In this document: in pieces, positions 13,690 to 25,600 of the stretch
How positions within the stretch are numbered: position 1 is the stretch's first letter
Layout of the letters: the number at the start of each line of letters is the position of its first letter
Assembly (NCBI GenBank): GCA_046563655.1
Contig: CM102285.1
Span: 5,518,001 to 5,582,000 of the forward strand
Length of the DNA: 64,000 bases
Direction of reading: 5' to 3'
Origin: Yuukianura sp. NJ FZ-2021
Lineage: Eukaryota
Program-made: the position numbers and the translations under genes
Notes under the pieces: generated by a model
Databases searched by the model: none
Seen by the model: the letters and a program-made list of their open reading frames with translations, nothing else
Told to the model about the DNA's origin: nothing

Positions 13690-16600
13690 TCGTTTCAAGT
13701 ATTTTGAACCTAGCGTGCTAATTTCTGGAATGTTGTCGCTCAGTGGAACTACGCTGGTTTTCCGTCTCGTTTTGCCTTAGCTTAATTGCTTTTATGTTCA
13801 GCGCGTCCGCTTCAATTAAAGTTTATTAAGGTGCTCAAGTATGACAAGTCTCGACAGCCTTTTCAACTCGGCTAAGAAATTTTTGTTCTAGTTCTCCAAC
13901 CCTTACAACGTTCATTTCAAGTATTTTGAACCAAGCGTGCTAATTTCAGCAATGTTGTCGTTCAGTGGAACTGCGTTGGTTTTCCGTCTCGTTTTGCCTT
14001 AGCTTAGTTGCTTGTATGTTCAGCGGGTACGCCTCAATCAAAGTTTATTAAGGTGCTCAAGAATGACAAGTCTCGACAGCCTTTTCAACTCGGCTAAGAA
14101 ATTTTTGTTCTAGTTCTCCAACCCTTACAACGTTCATTTCAAGTATTTTAACCTAGCGTGCTAATTTCTGGAATGTTGTCGCTCAGTGGCACTACGCTGG
14201 TTTTCCGTCTCGTTTTGCCGTAGCTTAGTTGCTTGTATGTTCAGGGAGTACGCTTCAATTAAAGCTTAGTAAGGTGCTCAAGTATGACAAGTTTCGACAG
14301 CCTTTTCAACTCGGCTAAGAAATTTTTGTTCTAGTTCTCCAACCCTTACAACGTTCATTTCAAGTATTTTGAACCTAGCGTGCTAATTTCAGCAATGTTG
14401 TCGTTCAGTGGAACTGCGCTGGTTTTCCGTCTCGTTTTGCCTTAGCTTAGTTGCTTGTATGTTCAGGGAGTACGCTTCAATTAAAGTTTATTAAGGTGCT
14501 CAAGAATGACAAGTCTCGACAGCCTTTTCAACTCGGCTAAAACGTTCTTGTTCTAGTTCTCCAACCCTTACAACGTTCATTTCAAGTATTTTGAACCTAG
14601 CGTGCTAATTTCTGGAATGTTGTCGCTCAGTGGAACTACGCTGGTTTTCCGTCTCGTTTTGCCTTAGCTTAGTTGCTTGTATGTTCAGCGGGTACGGCTC
14701 AATCAAAGTTTATTAAGGTGCTCAAGAATGACAAGTCTCGACAGCCTTTTCAACTCGGCTTAAACGTTCTTGTTCTAGTTCTCCAACACTTACAACGTTC
14801 GTTTCAAGTATTTTGAACCTAGCGTGCTAATTTCTGGAATGTTGTCGCTCAGTGGAACTACGCCGGTTTTCCGTCTCGTTTTGCCTTAGCTTAGTTGCTT
14901 GTATGTTCAGCGTGTACGCTTCAATTAAAGTTTATTAAGGTGCTCAAGTATGACAAGCCTCGACAGCCTTCTCAACTCGGCTAAAACGTTCTTGTTCTAG
15001 TTCTCCAACCCTTACAACGTTCATTTCAAGTATTTTGAACCTAGCGTGCTAATTTCTGGAATATTGTTGCTTAGAGGAACTACGCTGGTTTTCCGTCTCG
15101 TTTTGCCTTAGCTTAGTTGCTTGTATGTTCAGGGAGTACGCTTCAATTAAAGTTTATTAAGGTGCTCAAGAATGACAAGTCTCGACAGCCTTTTCAACTC
15201 GGCTAAAACGTTCTTGTTCTAGTTCTCCAACCCTTACAACGTTCATTTCAAGTATTTTGAACCTAGCGTGCTAATTTCTGGAATGTTGTCGCTCAGTGGA
15301 ACTACGCCGGTTTTCCGTCTCGTTTTGCCTTAGCTTAGTTGCTTGTATGTTCAGGGAGTACGCTTCAATTAAAGTTTATTAAGGTGCTCAAGAATGACAA
15401 GTCTCGACAGCCTTTTCAACTCGGCTAAAACGTTCTTGTTCTAGTTCTCCAACCCTTACAACGTTCGTTTCAAGTATTTTGAACCTAGCGTGCTAATTTC
15501 TGGAATATTGTTGCTTAGAGGAACTACGCTGGTTTTCCGTCTCGTTTTGCCTTAGCTTAGTTGCTTGTATGTTCAGGGAGTACGCTTCAATTAAAGCTTA
15601 GTAAGGTGCTCAAGTATGACAAGTTTCGACAGCCTTTTCAACTCGGCTAAGAAATTTTTGTTCTAGTTCTCCAACCCTTACAACGTTCATTTCAAGTATT
15701 TTGAACCTAGCGTGCTAATTTCTGGAATGTTGTCGCTCAGTGGAACTACGCTGGTTTTCCGTCTCGTTTTGCCTTAGCTTAGTTGCTTTTATGTTCAGCG
15801 CGTCCGCTTCAATTAAAGTTTATTAAGGTGCTCAAGTATGACAAGTCTCGACAGCCTTTTCAACTCGGCTAAGAAATTTTTGTTCTAGTTCTCCAACCCT
15901 TACAACGTTCATTTCAAGTATTTTGAACCTAGCGTGCTAATTTCAGCAATGTTGTCGTTCAGTGGAACTGCGTTGGTTTTCCGTCTCGTTTTGCCTTAGC
16001 TTAGTTGCTTGTATGTTCAGCGGGTACGCCTCAATCAAAGTTTATTAAGGTGCTCAAGAATGACAAGTCTCGACAGCCTTTTCAACTCGGCTAAGAAATT
16101 TTTGTTCTAGTTCTCCAACCCTTACAACGTTCATTTCAAGTATTTTGAACCTAGCGTGCTAATTTCTGGAATGTTGTCGCTCAGTGGAACTACGCTGGTT
16201 TTCCGTCTAGTTTTGCCTTAGCTTAGTTGCTTTTATGTTCAGCGCGTCCGCTTCAATTAAAGTTTATTAAGGTGCTCAAGTATGACAAGTCTCGACAGCC
16301 TTTTCAACTCGGCTAAGAAATTTTTGTTCTAGTTCTCCAACCCTTACAATGTTCATTTCAAGTATTTTGAACCTAGCGTGCTAATTTCAGCAATGTTGTC
16401 GTTCAGTGGAGCTGCGTTGGTTTTCCGTCTCGTTTTGCCTTAGCTTAGTTGCTTGTATGTTCAGCGGGTACGCCTCAATCAAAGTTTATTAAGGTGCTCA
16501 AGAATGACAAGTCTCGACAGCCTTTTCAACTCGGCTAAAACGTTCTTGTTCTAGTTCTCCAAGCCTTGCAACGTTCGTTTCAAGTATTTTGAACCTAGCG

Positions 16601-19600
16601 TGCTAATTTCTGGAATGTTGTCGCTCAGTGGAACTACGCTGGTTTTCCGTCTCGTTTTGCCTTAGCTTAGTTGCTTTTATGTTCAGCGCGTCCGCTTCAA
16701 TTAAAGTTTATTAAGGTGCTCAAGTATGACAAGTCTCGACAGCCTTTTCAACTCGGCTAAGAAATTTTTGTTCTAGTTCTCCAACCCTTACAACGTTCAT
16801 TTCAAGTATTTTGAACCTAGCGTGCTAATTTCAGCAATGTTGTCGTTCAGTGGAACTGCGTTGGTTTTCCGTCTCGTTTTGCCTTAGCTTAGTTGCTTGT
16901 ATGTTCAGCGGGTACGCCTCAATCAAAGTTTATTAAGGTGCTCAAGAATGACAAGTCTCGACAGCCTTTTCAACTCGGCTAAGAAATTTTTGTTCTAGTT
17001 CTCCAACCCTTACAACGTTCATTTCAAGTATTTTAACCTAGCGTGCTAATTTCTGGAATGTTGTCGCTCAGTGGCACTACGCTGGTTTTCCGTCTCGTTT
17101 TGCCTTAGCTTAGTTGCTTGTATGTTCAGGGAGTACGCTTCAATTAAAGCTTAGTAAGGTGCTCAAGTATGACAAGTTTCGACAGCCCTTTCAACTCGGC
17201 TAAGAAATTTTTGTTCTAGTTCTCCAACCCTTACAACGTTCATTTCAAGTATTTTGAACCTAGCGTGCTAATTTCTGGAATGTTGTCGCTCAGTGGAACT
17301 ACGCTGGTTTTCCGTCTAGTTTTGCCTTAGCTTAGTTGCTTTTATGTTCAGCGCGTCCGCTTCAATTAAAGTTTATTAAGGTGCTCAAGTATGACAAGTC
17401 TCGACAGCCTTTTCAACTCGGCTAAGAAATTTTTGTTCTAGTTCTCCAACCCTTACAACGTTCATTTCAAGTATTTTGAACCTAGCGTGCTAATTTCAGC
17501 AATGTTGTCGTTCAGTGGAGCTGCGTTGGTTTTCCGTCTCGTTTTGCCTTAGCTTAGTTGCTTGTATGTTCAGCGGGTACGCCTCAATCAAAGTTTATTA
17601 AGGTGCTCAAGAATGACAAGTCTCGACAGCCTTTTCAACTCGGCTAAAACGTTCTTGTTCTAGTTCTCCAACACTTACAACGTTCGTTTCAAGTATTTTG
17701 AACCTAGCGTGCTAATTTCTGGAATGTTGTCGCTCAGTGGAACTACGCCGGTTTTCCGTCTCGTTTTGCCTTAGCTTAGTTGCTTGTATGTTCAGCGTGT
17801 ACGCTTCAATCAAAGTTTATTAAGGTGCTCAAGTATGACAAGCCTCGACAGCCTTCTCAACTCGGCTAAAACGTTCTTGTTCTAGTTCTCCAACCCTTAC
17901 AACGTTCATTTCAAGTATTTTGAACCTAGCGTGCTAATTTCTGGAATATTGTTGCTTAGAGGAACTACGCTGGTTTTCCGTCTCGTTTTGCCTTAGCTTA
18001 GTTGCTTGTATGTTCAGGGAGTACGCTTCAATTAAAGCTTAGTAAGGTGCTCAAGTATGACAAGTTTCGACAGCCTTTTCAACTCGGCTAAGAAATTTTT
18101 GTTCTAGTTCTCCAACCCTTACAACGTTCATTTCAAGTATTTTGAACCTAGCGTGCTAATTTCAGCAATGTTGTCGTTCAGTGGAGCTGCGTTGGTTTTC
18201 CGTCTCGTTTTGCCTTAGCTTAGTTGCTTGTATGTTCAGCGGGTACGCCTCAATCAAAGTTTATTAAGGTGCTCAAGAGTGACAAGTCTCGACAGCCTTT
18301 TCAACTCGGCTTAAACGTTCTTGTTCTAGTTCTCCAACACTTACAACGTTCGTTTCAAGTATTTTGAACCTAGCGTGCTAATTTCTGGAATGTTGTCGCT
18401 CAGTGGAACTACGCCGGTTTTCCGTCTCGTTTTGCCTTAGCTTAGTTGCTTGTATGTTCAGCGTGTACGCTTCAATCAAAGTTTATTAAGGTGCTCAAGT
18501 ATGACAAGCCTCGACAGCCTTTTCAACTCGGCTAAGAAATTTTTGTTCTAGTTCTCCAACCCTTACAACGTTCATTTCAAGTATTTTAACCTAGCGTGCT
18601 AATTTCTGGAATGTTGTCGCTCAGTGGCACTACGCTGGTTTTCCGTCTCGTTTTGCCTTAGCTTAGTTGCTTGTATGTTCAGGGAGTACGCTTCAATTAA
18701 AGCTTAGTAAGGTGCTCAAGAATGACAAGTCTCGACAGCCTTTTCAACTCGGCAAAACGTTCTTGTTCTAGTTCTCCAACCCTTACAACGTTCATTTCAA
18801 GTATTTTGAACCTAGCGTGCTAATTTCTGGAATGTTGTCGCTCAGTGGAACTACGCCGGTTTTCCGTCTCGTTTTGCCTTAGCTTAGTTGCTTGTATGTT
18901 CAGGGAGTACGCTTCAATTAAAGTTTATTAAGGTGCTCAAGAATGACAAGTCTCGACAGCCTTTTCAACTCGGCTAAAACGTTCTTGTTCTAGTTCTCCA
19001 ACCCTTACAACGTTCGTTTCAAGTATTTTGAACCTAGCGTGCTAATTTCTGGAATGTTGTCGCTCAGTGGAACTACGCCGGTTTTCCGTCTCGTTTTGCC
19101 TTAGCTTAGTTGCTTGTATGTTCAGGGAGTACGCTTCAATTAAAGTTTATTAAGGTGCTCAAGAATGACAAGTCTCGACAGCCTTTTCAACTCGGCTAAA
19201 ACGTTCTTGTTCTAGTTCTCCAACCCTTACAACGTTCGTTTCAAGTATTTTGAACCTAGCGTGCTAATTTCTGGAATATTGTTGCTTAGAGGAACTACGC
19301 TGGTTTTCCGTCTCGTTTTGCCTTAGCTTAGTTGCTTGTATGTTCAGGGAGTACGCTTCAATTAAAGCTTAGTAAGGTGCTCAAGTATGACAAGTTTCGA
19401 CAGCCTTTTCAACTCGGCTAAGAAATTTTTGTTCTAGTTCTCCAACCCTTACAACGTTCATTTCAAGTATTTTGAACCTAGCGTGCTAATTTCTGGAATG
19501 TTGTCGCTCAGTGGAACTACGCTGGTTTTCCGTCTAGTTTTGCCTTAGCTTAGTTGCTTTTATGTTCAGCGCGTCCGCTTCAATTAAAGTTTATTAAGGT

Positions 19601-22600
19601 GCTCAAGTATGACAAGTCTCGACAGCCTTTTCAACTCGGCTAAGAAATTTTTGTTCTAGTTCTCCAACCCTTACAACGTTCATTTCAAGTATTTTGAACC
19701 TAGCGTGCTAATTTCAGCAATGTTGTCGTTCAGTGGAGCTGCGTTGGTTTTCCGTCTCGTTTTGCCTTAGCTTAGTTGCTTGTATGTTCAGCGGGTACGC
19801 CTCAATCAAAGTTTATTAAGGTGCTCAAGAATGACAAGTCTCGACAGCCTTTTCAACTCGGCTAAAACGTTCTTGTTCTAGTTCTCCAACACTTACAACG
19901 TTCATTTCAAGTATTTTGAACCTAGCGTGCTAATTTCTGGAATATTGTTGCTTAGAGGAACTACGCTGGTTTTCCGTCTCGTTTTGCCTTAGCTTAGTTG
20001 CTTGTATGTTCAGGGAGTACGCTTCAATTAAAGTTTATTAAGGTGCTCAAGAATGACAAGTCTCGACAGCCTTTTCAACTCGGCTAAAACGTTCTTGTTC
20101 TAGTTCTCCAACCCTTACAACGTTCATTTCAAGTATTTTGAACCTAGCGTGCTAATTTCTGGAATGTTGTCGCTCAGTGGAACTACGCCGGTTTTCCGTC
20201 TCGTTTTGCCTTAGCTTAGTTGCTTGTATGTTCAGGGAGTACGCTTCAATTAAAGTTTATTAAGGTGCTCAAGAATGACAAGTCTCGACAGCCTTTTCAA
20301 CTCGGCTAAAACGTTCTTGTTCTAGTTCTCCAACCCTTACAACGTTCGTTTCAAGTATTTTGAACCTAGCGTGCTAATTTCTGGAATATTGTTGCTTAGA
20401 GGAACTACGCTGGTTTTCCGTCTCGTTTTGCCTTAGCTTAGTTGCTTGTATGTTCAGGGAGTACGCTTCAATTAAAGTTTATTAAGGTGCTCAAGTATGA
20501 CAAGTTTCGACAGCCTTTTCAACTCGGCTAAGAAATTTTTGTTCTAGTTCTCCAACCCTTACAACGTTCATTTCAAGTATTTTGAACCTAGCGTGTTAAT
20601 TTCTGGAATGTTGTCGCTCAGTGGAACTACGCTGGTTTTCCGTCTCGTTTTGCCTTAGCTTAGTTGCTTTTATGTTCAGCGCGTCCGTTTCAATTAAAGT
20701 TTATTAAGGTGCTCAAGTATGACAAGTCTCGACAGCCTTTTCAACTCGGCTAAGAAATTTTTGTTCTAGTTCTCCAACCCTTACAACGTTCATTTCAAGT
20801 ATTTTGAACCTAGCGTGCTAATTTCAGCAATGTTGTCGTTCAGTGGAACTGCGTTGGTTTTCCGTCTCGTTTTGCCTTAGCTTAGTTGCTTGTATGTTCA
20901 GCGGGTACGCCTCAATCAAAGTTTATTAAGGTGCTCAAGAATGACAAGTCTCGACAGCCTTTTCAACTCGGCTAAGAAATTTTTGTTCTAGTTCTCCAAC
21001 CCTTACAACGTTCATTTCAAGTATTTTAACCTAGCGTGCTAATTTCTGGAATGTTGTCGCTCACTGGCACTACGCTGGTTTTCCGTCTCGTTTTGCCTTA
21101 GCTTAGTTGCTTGTATGTTCAGGGAGTACGCTTCAATTAAAGCTTAGTAAGGTGCTCAAGTATGACAAGTTTCGACAGCCTTTTCAACTCGGCTAAGAAA
21201 TTTTTGTTCTAGTTCTCCAACCCTTACAACGTTCATTTCAAGTATTTTGAACCTAGCGTGCTAATTTCTGGAATGTTGTCGCTCAGTGGCACTACGCTGG
21301 TTTTCCGTCTAGTTTTGCCTTAGCTTAGTTGCTTTTATGTTCAGCGCGTCCGCTTCAATTAAAGTTTATTAAGGTGCTCAAGTATGACAAGTCTCGACAG
21401 CCTTTTCAACTCGGCTAAGAAATTTTTGTTCTAGTTCTCCAACCCTTACAACGTTCATTTCAAGTATTTTGAACCTAGCGTGCTAATTTCAGCAATGTTG
21501 TCGTTCAGTGGAGCTGCGTTGGTTTTCCGTCTCGTTTTGCCTTAGCTTAGTTGCTTGTATGTTCAGCGGGTACGCCTCAATCAAAGTTTATTAAGGTGCT
21601 CAAGAATGACAAGTCTCGACAGCCTTTTCAACTCGGCTAAAACGTTCTTGTTCTAGTTCTCCAAGCCTTACAACGTTCGTTTCAAGTATTTTGAACCTAG
21701 CGTGCTAATTTCTGGAATGTTGTCGCTCAGTGGAACTACGCTGGTTTTCCGTCTCGTTTTGCCTTAGCTTAGTTGCTTTTATGTTCAGCGCGTCCGCTTC
21801 AATTAAAGTTTATTAAGGTGCTCAAGTATGACAAGTCTCGACAGCCTTTTCAACTCGGCTAAGAAATTTTTGTTCTAGTTCTCCAACCCTTACAACGTTC
21901 ATTTCAAGTATTTTGAACCTAGCGTGATAATTTCAGCAATGTTGTCGTTCAGTGGAACTGCGTTGGTTTTCCGTCGTTTTGCCTTAGCTTAGTTGCTTGT
22001 ATGTTCAGCGGGTACGCCTCAATCAAAGTTTATTAAGGTGCTCAAGAATGACAAGTCTCGACAGCCTTTTCAACTCGGCTAAGAAATTTTTGTTCTAGTT
22101 TTCCAACCCTTACAACGTTCATTTCAAGTATTTTGAACCTAGCGTGCTAATTTCTGGAATGTTGTCGCTCAGTGGCACTACGCTGGTTTTCCGTCTCGTT
22201 TTGCCTTAGCTTAGTTGCTTGTATGTTCAGGGAGTACGCTTCAATTAAAGCTTAGTAAGGTGCTGAAGTATGACAAGTTTCGACAGCCCTTTCAACTCGG
22301 CTAAGAAATTTTTGTTCTAGTTCTCCAACCCTTACAACGTTCATTTCAAGTATTTTGAACCTAGCGTGCTAATTTCTGGAATGTTGTCGCTCAGTGGAAC
22401 TACGCTGGTTTTCCGTCTAGTTTTGCCTTAGCTTAGTTGCTTTTATGTTCAGCGCGTCCGCTTCAATTAAAGTTTATTAAGGTGCTCAAGTATGACAAGT
22501 CTCGACAGCCTTTTCAACTCGGCTAAGAAATTTTTGTTCTAGTTCTCCAACCCTTACAACGTTCATTTCAAGTATTTTGAACCTAGCGTGCTAATTTCAG

Positions 22601-25600
22601 CAATGTTGTCGTTCAGTGGAGCTGCGTTGGTTTTCCGTCTCGTTTTGCCTTAGCTTAGTTGCTTGTATGTTCAGCGGGTACGCCTCAATCAAAGTTTATT
22701 AAGGTGCTCAAGAATGACAAGTCTCGACAGCCTTTTCAACTCGGCTAAAACGTTCTTGTTCTAGTTCTCCAACACTTACAACGTTCGTTTCAAGTATTTT
22801 GAACCTAGCATGCTAATTTCTGGAATGTTGTCGCTCAGTGGAACTACGCCGGTTTTCCGTCTCGTTTTGCCTTAGCTTAGTTGCTTGTATGTTCAGCGTG
22901 TACGCTTCAATCAAAGTTTATTAAGGTGCTCAAGTATGACAAGCCTCGACAGCCTTCTCAACTCGGCTAAAACGTTCTTGTTCTAGTTCTCCAACCCTTA
23001 CAACGTTCATTTCAAGTATTTTGAACCTAGCGTGCTAATTTCAGCAATGTTGTCGTTCAGTGGAGCTGCGTTGGTTTTCCGTCTCGTTTTGCCTTAGCTT
23101 AGTTGCTTGTATGTTCAGCGGGTACGCCTCAATCAAAGTTTATTAAGGTGCTCAAGAATGACAAGTCTCGACAGCCTTTTCAACTCGGCTTAAACGTTCT
23201 TGCTCTAGTTCTCCAACACTTACAACGTTCGTTTAAAGTATTTTGAACCTAGCGTGCTAATTTCTGGAATGTTGTCGCTCAGTGGAACTACGCCGGTTTT
23301 CCGTCTCGTTTTGCCTTAGCTTAGTTGCTTGTATGTTCAGCGTGTACGCTTCAATCAAAGTTTATTAAGGTGCTCAAGTATGACAAGCCTCGACAGCCTT
23401 TTCAACTCGGCTAAGAAATTTTTGTTCTAGTTCTCCAACCCTTACAACGTTCATTTCAAGTATTTTAACCTAGCGTGCTAATTTCAGCAATGTTGTCGTT
23501 CAGTGGAGCTGCGTTGGTTTTCCGTCTCGTTTTGCCTTAGCTTAGTTGCTTGTATGTTCAGGGAGTACGCTTCAATTAAAGTTTATTAAGGTGCTCAAGA
23601 ATGACAAGTCTCGACAGCCTTTTCAACTCGGCTAAAACGTTCTTGTTCTAGTTCTCCAACCCTTACAACGTTCGTTTCAAGTATTTTGAACCTAGCGTGC
23701 TAATTTCTGGAATATTGTTGCTTAGAGGAACTACGCTGGTTTTCCGTCTCGTTTTGCCTTAGCTTAGTTGCTTGTATGTTCAGGGAGTACGCTTCAATTA
23801 AAGTTTATTAAGGTGCTCAAGTATGACAAGTTTCGACAGCCTTTTCAACTCGGCTAAGAAATTTTTGTTCTAGTTCTCCAACCCTTACAACGTTCATTTC
23901 AAGTATTTTGAACCTAGCGTGTTAATTTCTGGAATGTTGTCGCTCAGTGGAACTACGCTGGTTTTCCGTCTCGTTTTGCCTTAGCTTAGTTGCTTTTATG
24001 TTCAGCGCGTCCGTTTCAATTAAAGTTTATTAAGGTGCTCAAGAATGACAAGTCTCGACAGCCTTTTCAACTCGGCTAAGAAATTTTTGTTCTAGTTCTC
24101 CAACCCTTACAACGTTCATTTCAAGTATTTTAACCTAGCGTGCTAATTTCTGGAATGTTGTCGCTCACTGGCACTACGCTGGTTTTCCGTCTCGTTTTGC
24201 CTTAGCTTAGTTGCTTGTATGTTCAGGGAGTACGCTTCAATTAAAGTTTATTAAGGTGCTCAAGAATGACAACTCTCGACAGCCTTTTCAACTCGGCTAA
24301 AACGTTCTTGTTCTAGTTCTCCAACCCTTACAACGTTCGTTTCAAGTATTTTGAACCTAGCGTGCTAATTTCTGGAATATTGTTGCTTAGAGGAACTACG
24401 CTGGTTTTCCGTCTCGTTTTGCCTTAGCTTAGTTGCTTGTATGTTCAGGGAGTACGCTTCAATTAAAGTTTATTAAGGTGCTCAAGTATGACAAGTTTCG
24501 ACAGCCTTTTCAACTCGGCTAAGAAATTTTTGTTCTAGTTCTCCAACCCTTACAACGTTCATTTCAAGTATTTTGAACCTAGCGTGTTAATTTCTGGAAT
24601 GTTGTCGCTCAGTGGAACTACGCTGGTTTTCCGTCTCGTTTTGCCTTAGCTTAGTTGCTTTTATGTTCAGCGCGTCGGTTTCAATTAAAGTTTATTAAGG
24701 TGCTCAAGTATGACAAGTCTCGACAGCCTTTTCAACTCGGCTAAGAAATTTTTGTTCTAGTTCTCCAACCCTTACAACGTTCATTTCAAGTATTTTGAAC
24801 CTAGCGTGCTAATTTCAGCAATGTTGTCGTTCAGTGGAACTGCGTTGGTTTTCCGTCTCGTTTTGCCTTAGCTTAGTTGCTTGTATGTTCAGCGGGTACG
24901 CCTCAATCAAAGTTTATTAAGGTGCTCAAGAATGACAAGTCTCGACAGCCTTTTCAACTCGGCTAAGAAATTTTTGTTCTAGTTCTCCAACCCTTACAAC
25001 GTTCATTTCAAGTATTTTAACCTAGCGTGCTAATTTCTGGAATGTTGTCGCTCACTGGCACTACGCTGGTTTTCCGTCTCGTTTTGCCTTAGCTTAGTTG
25101 CTTGTATGTTCAGGGAGTACGCTTCAATTAAAGCTTAGTAAGGTGCTCAAGTATGACAAGTTTCGACAGCCTTTTTAACTCGGCTAAGAAATTTTTGTTC
25201 TAGTTCTCCAACCCTTACAACGTTCATTTCAAGTATTTTGAACCTAGCGTGCTAATTTCTGGAATGTTGTCGCTCAGTGGCACTACGCTGGTTTTCCGTC
25301 TAGTTTTGCCTTAGCTTAGTTGCTTTTATGTTCAGCGCGTCCGCTTCAATTAAAGTTTATTAAGGTGCTCAAGTATGACAAGTCTCGACAGCCTTTTCAA
25401 CTCGGCTAAGAAATTTTTGTTCTAGTTCTCCAACCCTTACAACGTTCATTTCAAGTATTTTGAACCTAGCGTGCTAATTTCAGCAATGTTGTCGTTCAGT
25501 GGAGCTGCGTTGGTTTTCCGTCTCGTTTTGCCTTAGCTTAGTTGCTTGTATGTTCAGCGGGTACGCCTCAATCAAAGTTTATTAAGGTGCTCAAGAATGA

